A stretch of 63,910 bases of DNA, counting the filler, from Atractiella rhizophila (lineage: Eukaryota), in the NCBI GenBank assembly GCA_021432655.1. It is 14 parts of 14 records of this genome, joined end to end, with 100 filler letters (N's around TTAATTAATTAA, not from the genome) between each part and the next. Parts side by side here need not be neighbours in the genome. Positions count along the whole stretch, not along the records: positions 12,497 to 14,614 come from MU272325.1; positions 14,715 to 16,153 come from MU272326.1; positions 16,254 to 22,376 come from MU272327.1; positions 22,477 to 28,575 come from MU272328.1; 10 more parts are not named here. One strand, written 5' to 3'. The translations under genes and the position numbers were made by a program. A model generated the notes under the pieces. It saw only the letters and a program-made list of their open reading frames with translations. It did no database searches and was not told where the DNA came from. The stretch's first letter is position 1, and the number at the start of each line of letters is the position of its first letter. Positions 12,497 through 25,550 of the stretch are shown in pieces.

Positions 12497-12725
12497 GCAT
12501 CTTCCAGAACTCTCACGTCGACGTCATCCGCTGGGCCGCTCTTGCTGCTTTCATTATCTCGCTCCTCGCGATCGTTAAAGTACGTCTTAGTCTCTCTGTC
12601 ATTCGCGACATGCTGAGGACTGACTGTCAAAAAAACAGGTCGTCGTCTTCCTTTTCAGGGAACCTAAAGTCGACAACATTGTCGCTGCTGAGGACGATGA
12701 AAGGGCACCTCTCATTGGTCATTAA
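12497..12725 (+). CDS. 3' end of an unknown membrane protein
   Basis: IFQNSHVDVIRWAALAAFIISLLAIVK, a GT-AG intron, then VVVFLFREPKVDNIVAAEDDERAPLIGH-stop. Confidence 0.5.
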
Positions 12726-12952
12726 ATTACTTCTTCCTCGTCAAGAAGGAGAAGAACGGTATTTGCTGCTTGCTTGCTGCTGCCCCCATGGTCAACAACT
12801 CCGGCTACGAACTAAAGAATGAAAGTGAATGAACCGAGAATGAATTTTAAGTTTCAGAATATTCAAAATTTGTGTCCCTGTTCTTGTTGAGTGAAGATTG
12901 AATGAACGCTTTCCATTGTATTGTTACAACATTTTGAATCTCAGTGGAATAA

Positions 12953-14090
12953 TCATATTCCTTCTCTCAAGTTATTATTCGTCTCCTGTTTTGAATTGTT
13001 CCAAGCTACACAGTCTGCCCACGTTATTCCGTCCCCGCCAAAAATGTCCAGCGCACTCCCGAATGTGAGGTCCACCTTTCCTTCACTCATACGCTCAACT
13101 GCCTGTAAGTCACTCAGATCTGTCCTTCAGAGTGTTTAGCATGATATGTAAGTGGCAAAGGAAGAACACCCACGTCTCGCTCCTCCTGCATAAGTTACCG
13201 GAATTGGTGACAACTCTGCCAGTAGCTGGACGAGAGGCAGATCAGGACCAACTTGAAGGCCTTCTACGGAGGTGGAATGGATGAGGAATTCCCTATCATC
13301 GACATGTAACACGATAAAAGAATCCCGTACACAGACGCACGAGCAGTATGGTGCGAGATCGGTTAAGATGGTAGATGATCGAGAGATGACAGAGGACGTA
13401 AGAGTCGCCCATCCATTTGTGCAGACGGTCCATTCGCTATCAGACGTGCGTTTACACCTTTCTTTCCCACAATTCTTATAAGATCTTCCGGAGGTACGGA
13501 ACAGGGAGACGGGACACTGACGAAAGGTCTATGACTAGTTGTTCCTTTGGCACGGCGTCACTGAGTTTGCGCAATCGCTCTTGAGAAAGTTGGCCATCGG
13601 GAAAGAGGTACGATGTTACTATCACCTTACATCTCTGTCAATATCGCAATCAAAAGAAGGGAAACGAACAGTCGCACTTTGCAAGCCCCTTTAGCAAGCC
13701 AATTGACAGCATTCTCAGCCGTTATACCTCCTCCAAGCTGGAGGCCGCCTTTATTACCCATACGGTCAACGAAATGAATATCGATGAATCAAGAAGGACG
13801 GACCTGGCCACGCCTTGAGGGTTTCTGCTGCAGCAGCATCGTTGCCTGGTCCCAGCTTGATAACGTGAGCGCCTTGCATATTGTCCTTTTTATACAGCTC
13901 CGCATAGTATGCAGGGGGCTTTCTACAATATCTTGAATCAATTTTGCATGGAAGGAAGGGAAAAGACAAACGAAGAGATGAAGTTGGTTTGAAGGTTTGA
14001 GCTGGATGGATTTTGGAGGTCTAAGCTCGACCCTACGATTTGCTTGACTACTCCTGAGTGCAGATCGATGCAGGGACGGATGAGAGTCAT
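12953..14090 (-). CDS. HIS6: ProFAR isomerase (histidine biosynthesis)
   Basis: Motifs [60 protein letters not shown] and [14 protein letters not shown]. Confidence 0.95.
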
Positions 14091-15016
14091 GATAGCAGCT
14101 GGATTTCGACAGGATTTCGATGATACAATGTTACAATGTTACAGTATGGTTGCGGCAACGCCTAGTTATGAAATAGAAATGCAAACACCGACGGACCAAA
14201 GAACAAGAATAAGCGACAGCTTTCAGTCACAATGCCGCTAGATATTTATGTCAGTAGACATTAACTAGTATGCTTTCCGTCCAATTATGTAATTCATCAG
14301 CTGCAGGAAAGCAAGATTGTTGTCCAATTTCCCTCCTCAAGAACCGTCAGATGTTTGACCGTATTCTCTCAATGTTCCCAGAAATCGAGGAAGCATTTGC
14401 TTGTAATGTGCACTTTATGGCTACTGCAATTTCAGGCAGTCACTGGCGGGGTGGAGAACGGTTCCACAGGCTCTTCACAACAAAAAAATGCATGTAAACA
14501 TTGCGCGATCGCTGTGTATCGCTTGCCTTTCCACCATTCTATAAGGGTTTTCGCCCAGTACAGATTAAGCTCATAAACTCGAATTCAAATGGAGTATCTT
14601 TGCCGTATCGTTCTNNNNNNNNNNNNNNNNNNNNNNNNNNNNNNNNNNNNNNNNNNNNTTAATTAATTAANNNNNNNNNNNNNNNNNNNNNNNNNNNNNN
14701 NNNNNNNNNNNNNNACAATTTGCTATTACTTCACCATTATTCATCGTATTTTAGACGTAAGCAGCGCGAATGGGAGGCCGGATATGTAGCTTCAACGGCG
14801 TATAATTCGTAATAAGAATGAGCTAATATTAAAAAGCGGAGGACAAAATATGCACCTCATTTATGTCAAAGGTTACAAGATTGATAGGATTGAAAGGCAA
14901 ACAAAGAGGTGGATATGGAATCAGGTGACAGTTACCTGAAGCAGTTGTAAAGGGAGAATCCAGTGATCTACTTGTTTTACAAATGAAGCAGAATTTGCAA
15001 AGTAGTTTCATTTCCC

Positions 15017-16153
15017 CTAATCACTATTCACTGTCAATCCCAGCCTCTCCACTATGAACCAATCTCTCATCCAGTGCCTTGGAATAATAGCCACCACTTC
15101 ATCTATATCCTCCACTTCCACCAACTCTTGTGTATCACTGTTACCTGGCTGGCAAGATATTACAATACCATATCTATCATGAAGTTGGATGCCTTGGTGA
15201 CGATGAACGAGAGCCAGAAAAAATTTTCTCTCCGTTACAGTCAGTTCTAGAAAGTACTGAACCTCACCATATTGTGTATACTTAGTCTTATCGTGACTAT
15301 TGACAATAGCTCCTCGATACTTGATCTGACGACTGACACGGACTGAATTGGGTTGACGTTGTGATTCTTTCCATAATGTGCGTACACTTTCACCATTCGG
15401 GAGTTGCAGTCGTACCCATTTGTGAACATAGCAGTCCCACTCCGCAACGTCATATCCATTCTTCATTAGATATTGCTGAATTGCCTTTTTCTCATTGCCG
15501 TCTATCTTGCACCACTCTCTGGCAGGTAGGAGAGCCTTGTCCCCTGGAAGAGGGAGTCCTCCACATGGTAAGTTGTTGACTCGCTCGTTATGCAGAAGAG
15601 ATGGATCAATTGTGCGGAGGGCTTGACATTGGGCCAGCCGTATTGACTGTTGTGAGAGATATTCATAGGGCTTCGAAGGTTGCTTGATACGAGAAGCAAG
15701 AATACCTATTGTTCGTTCCAGGGTCCACTGAGTGATATAGATAAAAGGTCCGAGGCGGCGAGCTTGTGGAGCATGGTGAAGCATCTTATGAAGAGAGGGA
15801 CGGCAAAAGTGAACCCGTTCAATATCATTCTGGTAATAAAGCTGCTCAAATTCTTCAACATATTCAATGATATGTTTCTCAGCTAGATCGAGCTCCACAG
15901 AGGAGATATCACGCTTTCGAAGAATCCGGATTGCAGAGACAATCTTGAGATAATTTGTGTAGTATGGCTCTGGTACAACTCCTTCCAACAGTCCAGGCGC
16001 AACTCCATAGAAGTAAGTCTCCCATTCTTTTGCTTTATAGGCAGAAAACTTAATATCAATGTTTCGAAGATATTTATCCCATGAAGCTGGAAGATATGTC
16101 CGTGTTGCCTCAACACGTGTTCCATGTTCCTCCCAAATCCTGCCCCAAAGAAC
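15017..16153 (-). mobile_element. DNA transposon transposase, CACTA/EnSpm (Tnp2-like) type, C-terminal part
   Basis: Intronless open frame with YKAKEW, YVEEFEQLYY, LHKMLH..GP..QWTLERTIG, WVRLQLPNG and YGEVQYF, typical of basidiomycete CACTA-like transposases. It occupies most of a short scaffold. Confidence 0.8.
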
Positions 16154-16253
16154 NNNNNNNNNNNNNNNNNNNNNNNNNNNNNNNNNNNNNNNNNNNNTTA
16201 ATTAATTAANNNNNNNNNNNNNNNNNNNNNNNNNNNNNNNNNNNNNNNNNNNN

Positions 16254-18370
16254 TGATAGTTCGAGTAGGCCCTCCTGCACATGTCGAAGGGGTCGACGCT
16301 GAGATTGCAGAGTTCTTTGCCCAGAATCCTCATCTCGCAGGTATCGTTATCGATGAGGCAGAGAACAAGAGGTTGCGATGGATGATCCACAAACGCGTTT
16401 TGGTGGTCATGGTAGTGACATACTTCGCCCAAACTCTGGACAAGGGGACCATCAATTTCGCTTCAATCATGGGCATCCGTGAAGATACGAAGTTGCATGG
16501 ACAGCAGTATGCCTGGCTTACAACTTGCGTACGCGCATTTCTTCACTCTTGGAACCTGGCTGATAGTCACCCAAACCTCAGTTATACATCGTCATGTCCG
16601 CTCCATTCTTCTGCAATGTCTCACAATAACACTTGTCGGTTAGCCTGGTCGTCGAGTTCCCAACCAACCGTATCATCCAACGCTTCCCCATCGGCAAGAT
16701 CCTCGCCTTCAATATCATCTCATGGGGGATCGTCCTTGCTTGTACGGCTGCCTGTACCAACTTTGTGCGCCAATTTTGCAACGAGAAGAAGAGTGTGTCT
16801 TGACGAGATGATTAGGTTGGCCTTGTCACTGTTCGAACACTTCTCGGCGCTTTCGAGTGTATCTGTCAGCCAGCTTTCGTCTTCTTATCGACAATGTGGT
16901 ACAGGAGGGAGGAACAGGTGGGCAGTACTTGCACGGAGATCCCTTACTTTCTGACAGAGGGTGACAGGGCTTGATTATTGCCTCGTTCTACGCCATGAAC
17001 GGCTTCCAACAATGCGTTGGAGGTGAGCATGACAAACTTTGCAAGTATGACGAGGCTGACATTTGACTCAGGACTTTTGGCTTATGGTATCGCGCACATT
17101 AAGCATGCCGCCATTAAGAACTGGCAAGTGCTCTTTACGCTTCTTGGAAGGTATGCCTTTCATCCACTTCACCACATACCACATAGTGATGGAAACTTAA
17201 TAGCTGCACTGTTGCATGGGGCATTTTCGTCCTTTATTGGCTCCCTGACTCTCCTATGCGCGCGAAATGTTGGTCGATGGAGGACAGGGTGAAAATGGTT
17301 GAGCGAGTGCGAGCAAACGATACTGGTATCCAGAACAAGCAATTCAAGTGGTACCAATTTAAAGAAGGGCTCATGGACCCCGTCGTTTGGTCAGTTCCTC
17401 TCTTTGAAGGGTAACTTGCACTTATTTCCTACAAAGGGCTGTCACTCTGATCTCTTTCACAAACGCATTGCCCACAGGCGGTCTTGGAGCTTTCTCTAAC
17501 ATCATTCTCAAACAGTTTGGTTTCACCGTGCTCCAGACGTATGTACCTCTTGACCGGGAAGAATTACTCTGATAGATGAACAGCTACCTCCTTGCCATTG
17601 CTCAAGGAAGCGTAATCATGAGTTTCCTCTTCTCTGGTAAAATTTCGTTCATATCAATTCTAAGTAGCTAATGTGACTGTTTAGCGGCCTACATTGCAAA
17701 ACGCGTCAACCAAAAGCTCTTACTGGCCTTCATCTATACCCTCCCAAACGTCATTGGAACGATTGTCTTTCTGAGTGTCCCACCAAACCCAAGCACGAAG
17801 GTTGGATTGTACATCTCCTTCCTCCTTACGCAAGCCTTTGCCGCCGTCGCAGGTAACGTATTTCCAATTCTTCTCGAGCTGCTGCTCAATTTTGAACGGT
17901 GCAGTTCTCAACTTGGCCGTGATGTCCGGCAACATTGCTGGAAGGACAAAGCAGGTCGTCGCTACCTCCTTGGTCTTCATCTTCTGGGCAGGAGGCAATG
18001 CCGCCGGTCCTCAAGTCTTCAGGACAAACGATGCACCCAGGTATGTCCCCGATCCAAATCTCTTCCGAGGAGGATCTGACGCTTGGTGGATATAGGTACA
18101 GGAAAGCCTTTACCGCCCACATCGTTGTCTACGCCATCCAATGCGCTACCATCCTCTTCCTCCGCATCTACCTGATGCGAAGAAACGTATTGAAGAGAAG
18201 AGATCAAGCCAAGACGTTAACGAAAACTAGTGGAGAGGACAAGGATGAGCGAATTGGACACAAAATGGCTTTTGATGATTTGACCGACAGGGAGAACCCC
18301 GATTGTGAGTAATCACCATCTTCATTTGCTAATACTAACGTCGCAAATCAAAGTCCGTTATGTTTACTGA
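16254..18370 (+). CDS. MFS transporter, allantoate permease (DAL5/ACS) family, 5' partial
   Basis: Motifs LDKGTINFASIMG, WYRREEQ, LPDSPMRAKCW, ANDTGIQNKQFKW, NIAGRTK, GNAAGPQVF and AFDDLTDRENPDFRYVY-stop. Confidence 0.92.
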
Positions 18371-18669
18371 ACCACTCGTGATTGGAAAGTTGGAGAGGTT
18401 GGATGTATTTTGCATATAAAGGGGTCTGATGCTGTACGACGAGTATACGACGAAATGAAGCAACGTTTGACCAGCCCTTTTCAGGCACAGTATGCAAGCA
18501 AGAACTGAGCCAGTGCACGCGTCTTCGTGAAATTGTAGAAGTCACGTGCTACCCCTAAGGGGTGAAGACGCCTGACCAAAAATTTTGCAATCGAACACCA
18601 GGAGGCAAGGAGACTCAGCTAATAAAAGCCAAAGCTTCTCTTTGAAAGCTTTATCTTTGCGTCACGACC

Positions 18670-20727
18670 ATGTCTTCTCGAAGTACGAACGTCCAGCTCC
18701 GTCTGGAATCCCACCTTCCCTGCTTGCGTGACTTCGTGAAGCTCAAGCTCTTCTCTCCCGAGGAAATCAGCCAAATAACGGCTCGACGCAAGAAGCTCAT
18801 GCTGCACCTTGACGGCGGAATGTGGGAGGATTGGCGCCGAATGATTGATTTTGAAAGGGGATTGGAGGAGGTCCGAAAGCGGCGAGTGAGGAGAAGAAAA
18901 ATTGATATTAGGGAGGCTAAAAGTGGGAAAGGAAAAGGCAGAGAGGATGGTATGCTTCTGCCCCTTTCGATTTGGAAAATGAATGAGTACTAATGTAGAA
19001 AAACAGATTTGCCCGTAATCCCAAAAAAATCTGCTTCTTCCTTCTTCCTCCCAGCTTACATAAATCGCTTGTACCACACGGCGGCTCATCGCTTTCCGCT
19101 CAATAACGAACTTCACACTTCGCACATCCAATACCTGCTCTCCCTTCCCTCACCCTCCACACAACAAATCTCCCGTCTCCTCACCTCATGCGTTCTTCGC
19201 AGTCCTATGTCCTCCTTCTGGTGGATAGAATCTATCCGATGGGAATGCAGCGGGGCCATCGTTTTGAAGAGGTTACCGAGAGGGGATAGGCTGGAGGAAG
19301 TCGACGTGAAAATTGGAGGGGGGAACTGGGATGGCGCGAGGAAGCTGTGTATGAGAGCACTGAGGTTTTTGAAGGATGAAGGAGACGAAGGAGGGAAAAT
19401 TTGGAGAGAATGGGTCATGGTGGAAGAACAGTTTAGGAGGGTGGTGGAAGGAAGGAAGGCGGCATTTGGATTGTTGGAAGGCGAGGAAGAAGTAGAGGGA
19501 ACACAACCGGTTGAGATGAAGGGACATGATGCCATCGTGGATGGCCACATACTGAAGGCCGTGCTTAGGCACTTCGTTGAAAGTTTGTTATCCGTCCCCT
19601 TTTCTTAGAGGAGCTTGAATTCTGAAACGAGCATGGACAGCATTTCCATCGCATCCAAACCATTACAAATCCATGCTCAGCCATCTACGATCGCTGTATG
19701 TCCCGACTCCTATTGTCGACTATTTTCTCTCCATACTTCCCACCGATAACGTACATACCCCTTTCATCCTAGCGACGGATCGAGTGCAAGGGAAGACCGG
19801 ACTAGAATACATCGACGCTTTGGAGAGTAGTGTATCCTTTCTGCGAGAGCACATTTCCGCTTCTCCTTCCTGTCTACGTGAAATGTTTGGCTTCTGGCTT
19901 CATGAGCGATGGGCTGAGACTGGATCGCAACCTCTTAAACTTTGGATCTCAAACCACATCCTGAAGGCATACGACGAAGCGAAGGAGCCAGCAGAGAAGT
20001 TCACATCGCTTCATCTGGAACATTTGTCTTTCTTACGACCTCAAAAAAGCCCGGAGCAATCTCCCATGTCAATCGATCCGCCTGAAGGCGTGAGCACACA
20101 GGAAGAAATATGGTTAAAGAAGGTTAGCCTCGCTGAGTCGCCCGAAACAGAGATAGAAGTGGCCTTGAAGGAGTGTGGGTGGAGTACTGTCTTGTGGGAG
20201 GCATGGTTGAACATGAAGGAACGATCATCCTTATCAGCTGAGGATCTAGACGAAGTTTATAAGGTAAATAGTTCGTCCTCTTTTGTTATGGTCGAACTCA
20301 GGGATTGATATAGGCTGCGATCAATCGTACTATGGCTTCCAGCGCAACCCCTCCTCCATCAATGTATTCCTCCCTTGGACACCCCCATGATGTCGTCCTT
20401 AGCCGCTACGTTACCCGCTCCCCGATCCCCTTACACTCCCTGCTTCCACACATCTCGCGCATTGCACGTCCCTCTCTATCCTTCTACGAAAACGCTTTCC
20501 AGTCTTGTAAATCGAAAGAGGACGTGAATGCGCTTTGGGGAAAGGCTGGAGCTATGGATGTGAAGCCAAAGTTCGTAGCCGACATTGCTGAGTGGTATAT
20601 CAAGAATGGAGAGATGGGCAGGGCAAATGAAGTTGTTCTGAGCATGCTTGAGAGGTGGGCTAAGAAAGGTGAAAAAGGAATGAGGGGGGAACTCGAACGC
20701 AAGTGGGGTGAATTGCTAGATTGTTGA
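18670..20727 (+). CDS. UTP6: U3 snoRNA-associated protein 6 (HAT repeats)
   Basis: N-terminal VQLRLESHLPCLRDF..LFSPEEISQITARR..FE..LE.VRKRR matches the Utp6 N-terminal domain, followed by helical repeats (ARKLCMRALRF). Confidence 0.75.
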
Positions 20728-21193
20728 TTACCCGACATAGTAATGTTCGGTGGAACACTCTATCTGCATGGACACTGCGACGTCTCGCAGTCCGTAGACC
20801 AATGGGCACAAAGGGCGAAGTTATGGTACGCGAAGGTGGTCACGAAATCGCTAGACCTTATTCCTTCCTTCTTTAGCTAGAGATTAAGACAAATTCAAGT
20901 TATTAACCCATTCGAAATTGTCGTTGGTTGGATTGTATTCAAAAGACGTACCATAATGCTCGAAATAAGTTCGGTTGTTAGACAGGCGAAAGACTCGAGC
21001 TTTCGATGCAGCTCGGATGCACGCTTTGACCAGCTTCCAGCTTTGACGGCCTGCCTTGTATTGGAGCAATGACTTATGTATTTTCCAGTCTAACGACGAA
21101 CATCTAAACTAGAAGCAATCGCTGACATTGGTAAGATTTTGATTGGCCGAACAGATGAACTCTCAGCGGTTCCCTTGATCAGGATGGGAGGTC

Positions 21194-21813
21194 ATGGAGG
21201 TCGATTCTATCTCTGCAAGCTCATCTTCTGGCGAAGTGGCAGCCGCTGCCCTCCTAGATCCGTCAAGTTCAAAACCCACATCTTCTGACCTATGGAGCTC
21301 AACTGTAAGCGCCACAGGTATCAAGCAACTTGTTCAAAATGACGAAGTAAGTCCTCACTGACAGTATGACAAGCCTCAAAGAGAAAAGCAGAGAATCGCT
21401 CGCTTGATTCGGCTGGCCGGGCTCGCCATTTCCAGCTTGCACAGCGAAACAAGCACAATCGAGGATTACCCTTCTGAGGTGGAGGAGGGGAAAGGATTCA
21501 AAGAGTACACGTCCGAATACTTTCAGTTGCTCGATGTACGCAGCTTTCTCTCATCATGAAGCCTGTCACAAGTCCATGTTTGAAGGAAATTCAACTGTCC
21601 TTGAGAACGTCGATTCGGACGATTCGTCAAGAAAGGATCACTCCAAGAACGATCGGCACAACTCGAGAGAAGGATGATGGAGAGGAGAGTGTCAACATCC
21701 GAGGGCTTCGGAGGGATGTGTGGAAGATGGCAAGGGAAGCTTTGGAGCAATTACAGGAGGCGAAGAAATCTTATGAAGTGAATGAAGAGAACATCCAGAT
21801 GGAAACTGACTAA
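21194..21813 (+). CDS. MED11: Mediator subunit Med11-like
   Basis: Spliced product ..LVQNDE|RIARLIRLAGLAISSL..FKEYTSEYFQLLD|EIQLSLRTSIRTIRQERI resembles the Med11 helices. Confidence 0.65.
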
Positions 21814-21889
21814 GTTAGTTATGCAATACATCTACTGTTTACTCAAGCTCGTCCCTCTTCTGCTACAATGTTCGAACTTTACACTGCAG

Positions 21890-22360
21890 TTACACGGCAG
21901 CATCTTCCAACGCTCCTTCAGCATCCTTGTACGCCTGACTGTCATGCAATTCCTCTTTGTACCGGCTCTGCACTTTTGATCAATACATGCTCTCCTTTAA
22001 TGAAGCATGAAACGTGCCACTAGGTCTCGTAACTCATTGACGGCTTTGGACATCCTTTGCTGGCTATCTGGGATCATATCCTCGCTCTGCTGTAGGACCT
22101 TTTTCTGCTTTCTCCCGTCAAGGATATGGCCCACAAACTAAGCAGAACACTAACCTGCTGCTTAATTTGATATTCGTCCTTGCCCTCAGCAATAAACTGT
22201 TCCAATCTTTTCTTCTCGCCTTCCGCTTCCTTTTGGTAGGAAGCGACTTCCTTGATCATCCTACAACAATGCCTCAATCAATGATATTTCAAGGGAGGGA
22301 GAATGCAGACACTTGCCTGCGCACTACTGATGTTTTGATCTTCAGGTCCCGTTCCGCCAT
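21890..22360 (-). CDS. TBCA: Tubulin-specific chaperone A (Rbl2/TBCA)
   Basis: Four exons give MAERDLKIKTSVVRRMIKEVASYQKE..DEYQIKQQKKVLQQSEDMIPDSQQRM. Confidence 0.92.
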
Positions 22361-25300
22361 TTCGCAGTCTCAGATGNNNNNNNNNNNNNNNNNNNNNNNN
22401 NNNNNNNNNNNNNNNNNNNNTTAATTAATTAANNNNNNNNNNNNNNNNNNNNNNNNNNNNNNNNNNNNNNNNNNNNTCGAGGGAGACTGGCACGATCTTG
22501 CTCGCCCAAGCAAGACCATCTAATCTATCTATCGATGGCGGATCAAAACTAGCCATTCGACATGTGCTTGCTTTGAGCCTTCCCCGTCCTGTCGAGAAGC
22601 TTCAATATTGTCTATCTACGTCAAGAGTGGTCGGCGCACCTCAGCAGCATGCCAGGGACAATTTATTTATTGTCATATATGGCGGATACAAACTCATCTC
22701 CGTTCTCGATAGAGTGCATAATGTACGCTTGTACGCTTGGCTCTTATCCAGTTGGGTTGCAGTGGCAACAACCTTGTTTACGTTGTATTGATCTGTATTC
22801 CAGGATAACATGACGTTATGCTGCTTTTTGAACGTGTGTCCTCGTTGCCGATAATGGAATTTAATGAGCAACTGATTCTAATATCGCTTTCTAGTAACCA
22901 CTGAACAGCAGAATTGGTCAGTACGTGGAGATGGTAGCCTCGTGCAAATGTGATGGTGGCAGGGGAGTCACCTTTGGCAGCTGCAACCTTGAGCCCTCCT
23001 CGTGAAGAGTCGTTCGAACCACATCAGGAAATGCCTCCACTTCTTGCAGCCACGGTTTGTCTCCAAGTGTATCATGCACATCACCTTCTGAGTTCAGGCA
23101 GTTCATATGATTGTGGTTGCTGATTTGCCAATGGCTGGGATCTTCATATGAAGCCAGCTCAATTGGTTGGAGGACATAAACAGAAGACTGCCAGAAGGCT
23201 ATTTAACAGATCAATAAATGAAACGGAGTAACTCCTCCACATTGATGCAACGTCAGCGCTGTATCAGACTCAACATTTCTTGACCTTGCTTCTTTCACTT
23301 CTTTTCATTGAGATTCACTCTCCTTCCTTCTTTCTACCTCCTGTGCAAAGTGTAGGCCAATATTCACCAGCTTTAAGACGAAGCGAGGACGTGAGAAGCA
23401 TCTATAAACTACTCTGAGGATGGGTGACGAGCTGAAGAGTGCTGATGAGGCATTGGAAAGCGTGTGAGTCTTCAAGCTCGGACGAGGTCGGACTATGGTC
23501 ACCTCCCGCCCGCCTTATGTAATTTTTGATTTCCGACTCCGCCGACCGACCATCGATAAGCTTGAGCGAACCCTGAACGAATCTCAAGCTTGAAAGTGGA
23601 AAGTGGAACGTCGAAAGAATTCAGGAAAGAATTAGGAATCGTCAGGGAACTAATAACGAAGAGCGATGAGCAGAGCTAGAGATGGAGATTCGATGAAAGG
23701 GCCGGGGGGCACAGCAGAACTTCCAATGACTTCCAATTGGAGAGACTTCACAACGTGTTCCCGAAACTGCCCAAAGGGGTTGAAATTCGAGTCTCTGCTG
23801 CGATAAGTTCTTTTCCATCTTTACATTTAGAAAAGTGTAGGGTGGGGTGGAATTGGATCTGTCTGTCTCGATGCAATCCTGAACCAAAAATGTTCGTTTG
23901 GATACTAGGTGCTGCTTCTGCCAATTCAGTGAAACACGCACTAATGACGAGCTTTCTTCGGAGTGCTCGAAACAGCGGTAATTTATTCTTTTGGTCAACT
24001 AGTGTCCAAATTTCATTACCTGTCTCCTTGCTCTCAATGCAGTTCCTTTGAAAGACTCTCCCCATCAGCCATTGGAATCCTTCTATGACGCCACATTTCG
24101 ACCAACTTCACTGTTTGGTATTTCGGCCTAGATGGAGGATTCGACTCCCCATAACTATAGCATTGAGCGATCCGGCGAAACATTGACATTTAATTATGAA
24201 TGCAAGCTACCCTTACGTCCTGGGGCTATGGTTGGGCGATAGTCTTAGAGCGCACGTTTGCCAGACATATCCCTTTGTCCATCAGGAATACCACGTACTG
24301 GAGCCTATCTCTTGTTTCAACTCCCGACCGCGACGGAAGTAAGATCGCAACAAGCGGGAGACCCTGTAGAGGCGGGCGATACTATAAAAGAGAGATGTTT
24401 TTTTCCCAGAAAATTCAATATTTGTCGTCGCTTAAAATTCAGCAAGCTTCAATATGGATGGTATCATTAACACCTTGCGAATCATCGTACGTCGCTCTCT
24501 GTGTCTACATTCCTGCGTCTCAAACCTATGCTTCTTCAGGGCAACACTCCGGCGGGGTACGTCGTGGAAATCAATGGAAGGCAATATGTCTTCCCACATG
24601 CCATGGTGCTGGACGCCATAGCAGCTTTGCTCGCTCGTGCGTCCGTTCTTAGTTAGTCGAGCCCCCAAGTGGCCTGATTACGCGTCAAGGGTATCCTTGA
24701 GCTGCTTTCTTGGGCGATATGGTGGAGTGCCGGTCTCTCTTTGCCAGCCCTTCAGATGTATACGGATGTCGTCTGTCGTCTGGGACAACCCGATTCTGTT
24801 GCTGCCTCCTTTACCTTCTAATTAATTTCTTGGAACTCAGTTGACCTGCTCTTTTTCTGCTCTGGAAGTTATCGTAGCACGTTGTAGTTTGGTCTCAATC
24901 TCGTTCTATTAATAACCGTGTAGGTGAAGAAGTATGATTTGTTTGCTCCATTAAAGTATCGGCGCAGTTTTCATTTGGAGTGCAAGGAGAATCCGGAACG
25001 TTAGCCTAAGTGACACGGTCATGACCCAACCAACAGAACAACAGACCCGGCGAACTGAACAACAGACTTTGCTCCTGGGCTCGTTTTCACGGTGAATTCG
25101 AGCAGATCAGAGGAAGGCAAGAAAGTCCTGACGCGGCTGAATGTAAGTGAGCTAAACCCATGTAGGGCGATGCCAGCAGAACCGTGAGGATGGATATTTG
25201 TCCCTTCCTAATGTGACTTGCCAACTAGATTTCACACCTCTGAATCCGCTTCCTGCTGAACTATCATGATGTGATTGTCCGTTCCTATTACTCTTCATAA

Positions 25301-25374
25301 GTTATCAGTTAGCATAGCCTCTCCAACAACACGCAAATTGCAAGGGAACGCAGACAACGAGGTCTAATAGAAAA

Positions 25375-25435
25375 AAAAATTTGCCTCCTTGGAGGCTTCC
25401 ATTCTGTCGCAATGTGTCATCCTTATGCAGGGGCC

Positions 25436-25467
<32 letters not shown>

Positions 25468-25492
25468 TCGTATGCACTCCCCGAAGGGAGGC
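25375..25492 (-). ncRNA. U6: U6 spliceosomal snRNA
   Basis: Minus strand reads GCCTCCCTTCGGGGAGTGC (5' stem-loop) ..AAAATTGGAACGATACAGAGAAGATTAGCATGGCCCCTGCATAAGGATGACAC, containing the ACAGAGA box, AGC triad and ISL. It ends at a T9 Pol III terminator (25371-25379). Confidence 0.95.
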
Positions 25493-25516
25493 ATAGGTAA
25501 CTTTCTCTCTGTTCCC

Positions 25517-25550
25517 TTTATACTTACCAATGTAGCAAAGGGTTCGAGTC
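25517..25550 (-). promoter_or_regulatory. U6 promoter: TATA box at about -30 and an upstream B-box-like element
   Basis: TATAAA on the minus strand at 25517-25522; GGTTCGAGTC on the plus strand at 25541-25550. Confidence 0.6.

Noticed and set aside
2680..18370. Apparent amino-acid/nitrogen gene cluster (SPE3-LYS9, HIS6, allantoate permease)
   Set aside because: The genes lie on different scaffolds joined by artificial spacers, so no physical linkage can be inferred.
22477..24900. Fragmentary coding-like sequence on the minus strand, including a weak F-box-like stretch near 24350-24460
   Set aside because: Multiple stops and no family I can support; it may be decayed genes.
25168..25250. Possible C/D box snoRNA (GTGAGGA..CTGA) downstream of U6
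   Set aside because: The C box is non-canonical and I could identify no exact rRNA complementarity.
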